Assembly: GCA_963664705.1 (NCBI GenBank) | Contig: OY761556.1 | Location: 2,752,001-2,816,000, forward strand | From: Acidobacteriota bacterium | GTDB taxonomy: Bacteria; Acidobacteriota; UBA6911 | Direction of reading: 5' to 3' | DNA: 64,000 nucleotides | In this document: piece after piece, positions 56,398 to 64,000 of the stretch | Numbering within the stretch: position 1 is the stretch's first letter | Layout: each line of letters begins with the position of its first letter | The notes under the pieces: model-generated | Database searches by the model: none | The model's input: the letters and a program-made list of their open reading frames with translations, nothing else | What the model was told of the DNA's origin: nothing | Translations under genes and position numbers: made by a program

Positions 56398-59097
56398 CTA
56401 ATTGATGGTAAAAGACCCGTTCAGCCGTATATCCCTGGATGAGCTTCCAATCATCACCGAATAGCCTCCAGGATAAAGGCGCCAGGAATGGCCTTGGGAA
56501 TCCCATGCCGAAAGACTCTCCTTGTCGAGCTGCCATGTAACGACTTTGGCTTCCCCCGGCTTCAGCGTGATTTTTTCGAAACCCTTCAGTTGTCGGGGCG
56601 GTTCGTCTGCCACGGCCGGCATTCCGAGATACAGTTGGACGACCTCCGCCCCTTCCCTCTTCCCGGAATTGGTCACTTTCACTTTGACGGTGATCTGGTC
56701 TTTGCCCTTTGGTTCAACAGTCAAATCGCTATAGCGGAACGTTGTGTAGGAAAGGCCGAAACCGAAGGGGAAGAGCGGCTGCTGTTTCTTTGCATCGTAC
56801 CAGCGGTAGCCGACAAGGACCCCCTCCGAATAATTGACAGTCATACCATCACCTGGGTATTCGAGGAAGGTTGAGCCCGGCCCCTGGTATTCATCCGCGG
56901 GAAATGTCATGGCAAGTTTTCCCGATGGGTTGACATCTCCAAACAGCAGTCGGGCAATCGAACTGCCGGCTTCCTGCCCGGGATAAAACGCCTCGATTAC
57001 GCCGGCAACATTATCCAGCCAGGGCATGGCAACCGGGTTGGAATTGTGCAGAACCACAACGGTGCGCGGATTGGCTTTGGCTATTGCCTGAATAAGGCTG
57101 TCCTGGTTGCCAGGCAAAGGCAGCGTTATTTTGTCCTGTCCTTCCCCCATTTGCTCCGCCGCAAACACGATGGCCATATCCGCCTGTTTAGCCGTGGCGA
57201 CGGCCTTTTCGAGCATTGACGGATCGGGAGGCTGCCAGCCCAGTGCCAGACCGGGTCCTAGAATGCTGGAGGTATTCGAATACTTCAATTCCACGGTGAC
57301 CGGCCGGCCGGCGGTCAGATCCGCCGCCCCCTGGACTGTCTGGCCGAAATCCGCCCGCATCATGGTGGCAACCGGCTTATTATCCACATACAACTGAGCG
57401 GTTCCGACACCTGTCACTGAAAAGAGATAGGTACCGGTAGCCGGCGGGGTGAGTTTTCCAGTCCATCGCGCGGACCAGATGTTGCGGCGGGGCATCGACA
57501 TCCCGCCACCAGCCGGCGGCGGAGCCCCCGCCGCGGGAGGCGCTCCGGAAGCACTTCGTCCGCCCGGGGCCGGAAGCCCCAGCGCGGCAAAAAACTCGGA
57601 CGGGGGATTCGACACATCCTTAACGCCATCCTCCACTCGTGCAATCACCGGTACGCCGGTAGAATCGCCGCTATTGAAATACTGGGCCAGAAGCCCCTTC
57701 CCTTCGCCCGACGCAGGTTTCAAGACATCCTGCGCAATGATGGGAAGCGGCCCGATTCCAGCTGTTCCCTGCGCATAGGTAACCCTGACTCCCTGCCCGG
57801 CACGCTCTTTGATGGCATCCAGCGGAACTGCAACCTTGGTGGCATAGACGTGGCCGCTGCCATTCAACCCGATGGTCACGTTGGGTCCGGCATCATCGCC
57901 AATGACAGCAATGGTTTTCACCCGGGCGGGATCAATGGGCAATATGCCCTGATTATTTTTCAGGAGCACGGCTCCCTCTTCCGCAATTGTCCGCGAAAGT
58001 GCCTGGTGCTCCGGAGTGGAAACCTCCGCATCGGCTTTGCCCTGAGCCGGCGAATCATAGATGCCCAACCGGAAATAGGGAGTCAGATTGTAGTAAAGCA
58101 TCCGGTCGAGATCGCTGACGCGCAGTTTCCCTTCCTTGATGAACGTCCCGACATCTCCTCCGGACACGCGTGTAACGCCGGCCAGCGCAGCCGTAAGAGG
58201 ATCGCGCTGGGCAAATGCGGCATCCGGCGCGATAAATCCATCATAGCCCCAGACGCGCAGATAGCTGAGGAGGTCGGGGTTATTGCAGGCAAACTGTCCA
58301 TTTACCTGGTTGTAGGAACACATGATCCCGCCGGTCTTTGCGCGCTCGACCGATGCCTTGAACCCGGGCAGATAAATCTCGTGCAGCGCCTTCTCGGATA
58401 TCCTCGCATCGATACCGGCGTTGTCGGGGAGAATGCCGCAGCGCGTGTTTTCCTGATTGTTGCCGGCATAGTGCTTCAAAACCGTCAGCACCTTTTGTTC
58501 GTTGAGAGCTTTGATTTCGGCGACGGCAAATTCGGCGGTCAGGTAGGGATCCTCGCTAAGTGTCTCCCCGTTCCTGCCCCAATGCCAGGTCCTCATTATA
58601 TTGATCGTCGGACCCAACACTGAATTGGAGCCCTTCCCGATAAACTCCTCACCAAGAGCCTTGCCGTACCGGCCCGCCAGATCTCGATTCCAGGTGGCCG
58701 CTAAAGTCACCGCATTTGCCCACGCAGTGACATTTTTCCCCCGTGCCTGCGGAGTGGATCCCATCGTCGCAATGCCGTTCGGTCCGTCCGACCCCCCGCC
58801 GGAGTTCAAACCAAGACGCTTGTTCGTGCTCCTGCCCGTGATGCCTCCAAGCTCAGCCAGTTTCTCTTCCAGGCTCATGCTGGCAATGGCTTCAAGCGCC
58901 CGGCATCCGGGAGTCTGGTTTGGGTTCAACCACGGCCTCTCTTCAGGACCGGGATTGCAGGGGCCCGGCTGAATGCCAGGTATCTGGGCAACACGCATAG
59001 CAGTTTGGGAACTCGCCACCTGGCTCGACTGACCCAGCACCCACGGCAGCATTGCTATTATCAGAACACACGAAAACTTCACTCTTTGAACAGACAT
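56398..59097 (-). CDS. GH3 glycoside hydrolase with PA14 and Fn3-like domains
   Basis: SDGPNG, GRNGETLSEDP, KHY, MCSYN, APD nucleophile, GEGQD, FYPGQE; signal peptide. Confidence 0.9.
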   Translation of the reverse strand: MSVQRVKFSCVLIIAMLPWVLGQSSQVASSQTAMRVAQIPGIQPGPCNPGPEERPWLNPNQTPGCRALEAIASMSLEEKLAELGGITGRSTNKRLGLNSGGGSDGPNGIATMGSTPQARGKNVTAWANAVTLAATWNRDLAGRYGKALGEEFIGKGSNSVLGPTINIMRTWHWGRNGETLSEDPYLTAEFAVAEIKALNEQKVLTVLKHYAGNNQENTRCGILPDNAGIDARISEKALHEIYLPGFKASVERAKTGGIMCSYNQVNGQFACNNPDLLSYLRVWGYDGFIAPDAAFAQRDPLTAALAGVTRVSGGDVGTFIKEGKLRVSDLDRMLYYNLTPYFRLGIYDSPAQGKADAEVSTPEHQALSRTIAEEGAVLLKNNQGILPIDPARVKTIAVIGDDAGPNVTIGLNGSGHVYATKVAVPLDAIKERAGQGVRVTYAQGTAGIGPLPIIAQDVLKPASGEGKGLLAQYFNSGDSTGVPVIARVEDGVKDVSNPPSEFFAALGLPAPGGRSASGAPPAAGAPPPAGGGMSMPRRNIWSARWTGKLTPPATGTYLFSVTGVGTAQLYVDNKPVATMMRADFGQTVQGAADLTAGRPVTVELKYSNTSSILGPGLALGWQPPDPSMLEKAVATAKQADMAIVFAAEQMGEGQDKITLPLPGNQDSLIQAIAKANPRTVVVLHNSNPVAMPWLDNVAGVIEAFYPGQEAGSSIARLLFGDVNPSGKLAMTFPADEYQGPGSTFLEYPGDGMTVNYSEGVLVGYRWYDAKKQQPLFPFGFGLSYTTFRYSDLTVEPKGKDQITVKVKVTNSGKREGAEVVQLYLGMPAVADEPPRQLKGFEKITLKPGEAKVVTWQLDKESLSAWDSQGHSWRLYPGGYSVMIGSSSRDIRLNGSFTIN

Positions 59098-59124
59098 AGC
59101 GCCTCCAGGAAAACGGCCTCCATT

Positions 59125-59140
59125 TTACACAATTGTATAA
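59125..59140. promoter_or_regulatory. Operator candidate TTACAC-AATT-GTATAA
   Basis: About 28 nt upstream of the GH3 start; near copy of 44822-44837. Confidence 0.4.
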
Positions 59141-59148
59141 TTCCTGGC

Positions 59149-59273
<125 letters not shown>

Positions 59274-59278
59274 GCCCA

Positions 59279-60478
59279 CTACCCACTGATTTTAATTTTT
59301 CTCGAGGAAACAAAATTGGCGAGGGCAATGACGGCTCCACCCAAAAACACATACCGGTACCCGCCAACGCCCCCTTTTGTCCAGGCCAGGCCGCCAAGGA
59401 GCGGTAGAAAAATCGTAACGATGTGATCGAGGCTGGTACCGAGGGACAGGCTCGGAGAAATCTCATCCGGAGAAACTGCAATCTTTTTCATGTATGTGAT
59501 CCGGGCCATGCCAACCGAGTCGAGTGTGAAATCCGCAATATAGCAGAGGTAGATAAAAGCAATTGCGACCGATGGACGGAACAGGCTCTCGGCAAAAACA
59601 TACCCGAGGCAGGTAAAGAAAAAAAGGAATGCCTCCGCACTCAGAACAAACCGCTCCCCTACCTTGTCGATCAGATGCCCTACCCAGGGTTTTACAAAGA
59701 TGCCGATCACCGCAACGATAAAAAAAAGCAGCGTCATCGTGGCGACAGGTTGTTTGAATACCTCGACCAGCACCCAGGGGCCAAAAGTCAGGAAGATCTG
59801 CTTGCGCGCGCCATAGAGCATGCACAGCCAGTAATAGAGACGATATTCTTTTCGGAAAATATAGCGCCTTTGCGTTCGCAGCCTGTGAACGGGGCGGATA
59901 AAGGCCAGGAAAATTGCGGAAAGCAGAAAAGCTCCGGCCCCGAGACTGAAAGCCGTAAGGAAATTGATATGCAAAAACCGAAATAAAACCCACAAGGCGG
60001 CAGAACTAAACACAATGGCTACATTGCTGACAGAGCTGAGCTTCCCAAGTACTTTCCCGGTTTCGTCCGGGTTGGCAAAGCCCATCCCAATGCTGCCGCT
60101 CAACGGCATAAAGATATGCTGCCCCATGCTATAAATAAAAATGACCGGAATCACATAGGCATAGACGGGAGGCAGCATTCCCAGCGTGAACATTCCCACG
60201 GCAGCAATGATGTTTGCCAGAACCGAGATTCGAACGTCGCCCAGAAAAGAAAGAGCGCCGATAACAAGCACCACCAGCAATCCGGGCAATTCGCGCGGGA
60301 ATTCCAGCGCCGTCCGGTGCATGATCAGCATGCCAAAATGTTCTTTCAGGTAATTGGCAAGGGTTGAACTGTCGACACTCTGGGCAATTCCGAGAAAAAT
60401 GCCGGAAATAAGAAACATCAGGTAATCCCGCTCCATGCCCTTTACGATGCCCTGTATTTTTTTCATGAACATGCCCAC
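59279..60478 (-). CDS. MFS transporter
   Basis: EFPRELPG, YGARKQIFLTFGPWVL, GHLIDKVGER; 12 hydrophobic segments. Confidence 0.85.
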   Translation of the reverse strand: MGMFMKKIQGIVKGMERDYLMFLISGIFLGIAQSVDSSTLANYLKEHFGMLIMHRTALEFPRELPGLLVVLVIGALSFLGDVRISVLANIIAAVGMFTLGMLPPVYAYVIPVIFIYSMGQHIFMPLSGSIGMGFANPDETGKVLGKLSSVSNVAIVFSSAALWVLFRFLHINFLTAFSLGAGAFLLSAIFLAFIRPVHRLRTQRRYIFRKEYRLYYWLCMLYGARKQIFLTFGPWVLVEVFKQPVATMTLLFFIVAVIGIFVKPWVGHLIDKVGERFVLSAEAFLFFFTCLGYVFAESLFRPSVAIAFIYLCYIADFTLDSVGMARITYMKKIAVSPDEISPSLSLGTSLDHIVTIFLPLLGGLAWTKGGVGGYRYVFLGGAVIALANFVSSRKIKISG

Positions 60479-60702
60479 AGATGAATGGATCTATCTCAAG
60501 CCGCCGATATGGTGCGCGGCACTCTGGCCCGCGATTAAATCATTTATTCGCTGAATATAGTACGAATTTCGGCGTAAAATTGCAGGGTTGCCTATTGCTT
60601 TACCGGAGGATTCTTTCCCGTGTGAATCTTTTGTGTATGCTCAATCGTATTACACTCGGGTGGAATATGTACGGGTCAATTGATACGGCAATTGGAACAC
60701 TG

Positions 60703-61263
60703 ATGACTTTCGAGAACGAAGCGACACGGCTGCGCAGCGGAGATACGGATGCCATTGCGCAACTGGTGGAGCAATACCAGCATCGGCTGTACCGCTATCT
60801 GCTGCGGCTAGTATCCAAACCCAGTACGGCAGAGGACTTATTTCAACAAACATGGCTGCGCGTAATGGAGCGAATACAGTATTATGATCCACGACGCAGC
60901 TTTGAGGGTTGGCTATTTGCCGTTGCGCATAATCTTGCCATCGATCATCTCCGGCGCAAGCAACCGGAAAGCCTGGATGAGCCGCTCCCTTCGGGAGAGA
61001 CGCAGGCAGATTTGACGCGAAGCGAAAAGCCGGGTGCGCTTGATCTGCTGATGACGAAGGAACGGGCGGAGGGCGTGGGAGAAGCGATTGCCGACCTGCC
61101 GGTTGCCTTTCGCGAGGTGATCACCCTGCGATTCGAAGAAGGAATGAAGTTGGAAGAAATAGCGGCCGTTCTTTCACTCCCGATGGGGACAGTGAAGACG
61201 CGCCTGCATCGTGCCCTGAAGGCATTGCGGTTGACTCTGGAAGAAAGACTGGAAATCGAGTAA
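60703..61263 (+). CDS. ECF RNA polymerase sigma factor
   Basis: AEDLFQQTW, WLFAVAHN, LEEIA...GTVKTRLHRA. Confidence 0.93.
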   Translation: MTFENEATRLRSGDTDAIAQLVEQYQHRLYRYLLRLVSKPSTAEDLFQQTWLRVMERIQYYDPRRSFEGWLFAVAHNLAIDHLRRKQPESLDEPLPSGETQADLTRSEKPGALDLLMTKERAEGVGEAIADLPVAFREVITLRFEEGMKLEEIAAVLSLPMGTVKTRLHRALKALRLTLEERLEIE

Positions 61264-61268
61264 ACGCC

Positions 61269-61730
61269 ATGAAGGAACACCTCATCGTACGCGAATTACT
61301 GCCCCTTGCCTCTGCAGATATGCTGGAGACGGATCAGGAACATCTTGTTCAACAGCATCTGCTTCACTGCCCTGAATGCCGCGCGGAATATAGCCAATGG
61401 AATGGGATTGCCGGTGCACTCAAAGCGATTCCGATCCCGCAGGCCCCGCAAAGGCTTGTCATCCAGACCCGGCGTCTTCTATACAGCACGGTCTCCGCAA
61501 GGAAGCATCAGGCAAGCAAGGTTGGCCTGTCGTTACTGGTTATTTTCTCCTGGATGGTGGCATTCATGACTTTGGGATTTGTCCGAATGCTGGATGTTCC
61601 ACTCACCCGGTGGCTTGATGTATCCTCGACGACTCTGTGGGTCGTCTATATCGGGATCAGCTGGTTTGCCACGGCATTGGCGGCCGGGATACTTGGCAAG
61701 CGCTATCAGCAGGAGGGCAGAACCATATGA
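61269..61730 (+). CDS. Zinc-binding (ZAS/zf-HC2) anti-sigma factor
   Basis: HLLHCPEC (HxxxCxxC) and two TM helices. Confidence 0.85.
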   Translation: MKEHLIVRELLPLASADMLETDQEHLVQQHLLHCPECRAEYSQWNGIAGALKAIPIPQAPQRLVIQTRRLLYSTVSARKHQASKVGLSLLVIFSWMVAFMTLGFVRMLDVPLTRWLDVSSTTLWVVYIGISWFATALAAGILGKRYQQEGRTI

Positions 61731-62188
61731 AATCTTTTTTCCAGGAACTGCGCCTTGTTCCGCGTATCATCTGGCCCATAGCGCTGATGGCCACCAGTGC
61801 CATCTGGTACCTGTTTTTCTGGGCACCGCGATCGTGGCCCATCACCCGCACTGAAGTTGCCTTCCTGGCCTGGGGAGCGCTGATCTTCTTTGCCTGGGTT
61901 GTGATGATCGGGTACATCTACTCCGATTCCCGGCGACGAGGCATGCGCCATATCATGTGGACCATGCTGGCCATCTTCATCCCATATTTTATCGGAGCCA
62001 TCCTCTATTTCGTTCTGCGGGATCCACTATTGGTCGCGTGTCCCAAATGCACTGCCAATTGCCGGAGTACTTTTGTGTACTGCCCGAAATGCGGCGCCGA
62101 GATTTCGCCAGCCTGCCCCGAATGCAAACGCGCGGTGGAGCCTACCTGGAATCGCTGCGCTTATTGCGGGAAAGAGCTCATCAGCTGA
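61727..62188 (+). CDS. Membrane protein with C-terminal double zinc ribbon
   Basis: ATGA overlap with the anti-sigma stop; 3-4 TM, YSDSRRRGM, four CxxC pairs. Confidence 0.85.
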   Translation: MKSFFQELRLVPRIIWPIALMATSAIWYLFFWAPRSWPITRTEVAFLAWGALIFFAWVVMIGYIYSDSRRRGMRHIMWTMLAIFIPYFIGAILYFVLRDPLLVACPKCTANCRSTFVYCPKCGAEISPACPECKRAVEPTWNRCAYCGKELIS

Positions 62189-62471
62189 ACTTTAAAACCA
62201 TATTTTCCATTCGATGCGATGCAGGCCGGTAGACCCGCGTGGAAATGCCGGCTCCGCCTCAGTTACCTGTCCTTTTCCATTCCCTTCAAAGCACCTGCCC
62301 CCCAATGGATGCCAAGGGCAGAAGTTCCGCCCCGAGGGGACGCGCATTTCGCGTCTGCCAATTTTTCTATCGGGATCCATTTGCTTCTCTTCATCCGCGA
62401 CCTTAAATAATAGCAAAGCGCGGGGGAAACCCTGGCTTATTGAGCGCCACCCGCATCGGAAGGAGTGTGCC

Positions 62472-63407
62472 ATGCACGCCAGGCTCACAGTAGTACTTGC
62501 CGCTTTGATTCTCTCTTCCACCACACTTTGGGCTCACGGGATTGTAGGAAATCGCATGTTCATTGAACCGCTGTTCACCGAGGATGCGAATGTCAAGAAC
62601 GAGCTCGTATTGCCGTTCCTCAAATTTGGAGTTCAACCCGATGGCACCTGGCGCCAGACCTCCTTCGCACTGGAGAAGCAACTATACCCGGAACGCCTCT
62701 CCATAATTTTGGAGTCCGGGCGCATGAACCGGCATGACGGCTCGTCGCGCCTGTCCGGGTGGGACAATCTGGAGCTGGGCGTGAAATTCCAGGCATATAC
62801 CAATGATGCACACGAGTTTCTGCTGAGCCCGGCCTTGTTTGCAGCGCTCCCCACCAGCTCCAGATCGGTGACAGAGCATGAAACCTCATTGACGCCGATG
62901 CTGCTGTTTGGAAAGGGCTTGAACGAAGCTCCATCGCGATGGATGCGCCCATTGGCGATCCAGGGAGATGTCGGCTTTTCATCTTCAGTGCGAGGTCCTT
63001 CGGAGAAGGAATTCCAATTTAATGCCGTGTTGATGTACAGCGTTCCCTATCTGAACCACTATATTCGAAAAGCAGACGATCGTTACGCCGTGGAACATAG
63101 CCTTCGGCGGGGACTTTCCCGCGGGGCGTTGTTGGGAAATCTTTTCCCATTTGTTGAATTCAACAGCACACATCCAATAAATAGCGAGGATGCACGGGTC
63201 TCGAGTTCTCTGCGCCCGGGGATCCTTTGGATGGGCCAATATGTCCAGGCAAGCCTGGCCGCGGACATTCCGGTTCAATACTCCGGCGCGGAGGATCGCC
63301 CACACAGAGGCGTCTGCATTTCATTCGATTGGTTTCTTGATGAAATATTCGACAGCCTGAAATGGACACCGTTTGGCAACCATTCGCGGAGCCATGGGAA
63401 ACATTAG
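62472..63407 (+). CDS. Putative outer-membrane beta-barrel protein, possibly metal uptake
   Basis: AAGGAG RBS; signal peptide ending LWA|HGIVGNRMF; SGWDNLELGVK and alternating beta-strands; His-rich C-tail. Confidence 0.6.
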   Translation: MHARLTVVLAALILSSTTLWAHGIVGNRMFIEPLFTEDANVKNELVLPFLKFGVQPDGTWRQTSFALEKQLYPERLSIILESGRMNRHDGSSRLSGWDNLELGVKFQAYTNDAHEFLLSPALFAALPTSSRSVTEHETSLTPMLLFGKGLNEAPSRWMRPLAIQGDVGFSSSVRGPSEKEFQFNAVLMYSVPYLNHYIRKADDRYAVEHSLRRGLSRGALLGNLFPFVEFNSTHPINSEDARVSSSLRPGILWMGQYVQASLAADIPVQYSGAEDRPHRGVCISFDWFLDEIFDSLKWTPFGNHSRSHGKH

Positions 63408-63427
63408 GAAGCGAGGATACCACGAAA

Positions 63428-64000
63428 TCAGGAACCGGATTTCGTGCTGTTCCCGTGTATGTATACGGCACGAGCCGGCAGCGGGATGGCAATGTTTTCG
63501 AGTCGAAAGCGCTTCAGGATTCGCTTTCTCAACTCATGTTGAACGGAGAACTGATCCACGAATTCGGCAACCTGGCAGCTGAGCGAAAAATCCAGCGACG
63601 AACTCCCGAACCCGGGGATAAACCGAACGGATGGCGGCGGCTCCAGGAGCAGCCCCTTGATTTCACCGGCCCCTTTGCGAACCTCGTCCAGCAGGATTGC
63701 CTCAATCCGGTCCGGGTCGCTCTCCAGGCTTACCGACACAGGAATACTGAAACCGATCTGTTTCTCCGGAAGATGATAGTTGGTAACGATTGCCTGTGCG
63801 AGTTTCGAATTTGGAATGATTACCAGGTTATTGGCCAGCGCTCGAATGGTCGTGCTGCGCCAGCCGATATCGGACACATATCCCTCCTGGCCGGAGTCGA
63901 GCTTAATATAATCCCCAGGCCGCACATAGCCTGCCAGGCTGACGTAAAAACCTGCAAAAAAATTAGCCAAGGTATCCTGGAGCCCGAGAGCAACAGCGAG
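63428..64000 (-). CDS. mscS: MscS-family small-conductance mechanosensitive channel (5' end outside window)
   Basis: LAVALGLQDTLANFFAG, RPGDYI, IGWRST, IPNSKL. Confidence 0.88.
   Translation of the reverse strand, partial: LAVALGLQDTLANFFAGFYVSLAGYVRPGDYIKLDSGQEGYVSDIGWRSTTIRALANNLVIIPNSKLAQAIVTNYHLPEKQIGFSIPVSVSLESDPDRIEAILLDEVRKGAGEIKGLLLEPPPSVRFIPGFGSSSLDFSLSCQVAEFVDQFSVQHELRKRILKRFRLENIAIPLPARAVYIHGNSTKSGS

Noticed and set aside
62189-62471. Metal or cobalamin riboswitch upstream of the His-tipped barrel gene
   Set aside because: No recognisable conserved core by eye; an Rfam scan is needed.

Overview
A 64-kb, gene-dense bacterial chromosomal segment of moderately high GC. It is probably from an anaerobic member of the Acidobacteriota; this is inferred from the Oar-type TonB-dependent receptor, the ECF/anti-sigma/Spy module, the PEP-CTERM protein and the corrinoid-linked genes. 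About 50 CDS encode carbohydrate and ester hydrolases (2 GH3, GH10, several alpha/beta hydrolases, a carboxylesterase, a serine hydrolase), five MFS transporters, an AprAB-like flavoprotein/ferredoxin pair, two radical SAM proteins, two ECF sigma/anti-sigma operons, a hybrid histidine kinase and a CHASE2 cyclase. I found no rRNA, tRNA or CRISPR array. The standout is a complete IS110-family (IS1111-type) element at 19101-20644, inserted at an AG core inside a REP-like palindrome. Its 3' non-coding end folds into a two-loop RNA. One loop matches both sides of the reconstructed target (aagtAG / tAGccagg) and the other matches the circle junction (atatcAGa). This reads as a bridge/seek RNA programmed against a host repeat. 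Circularisation would also create a TTGACC-N17-CATAAT promoter.
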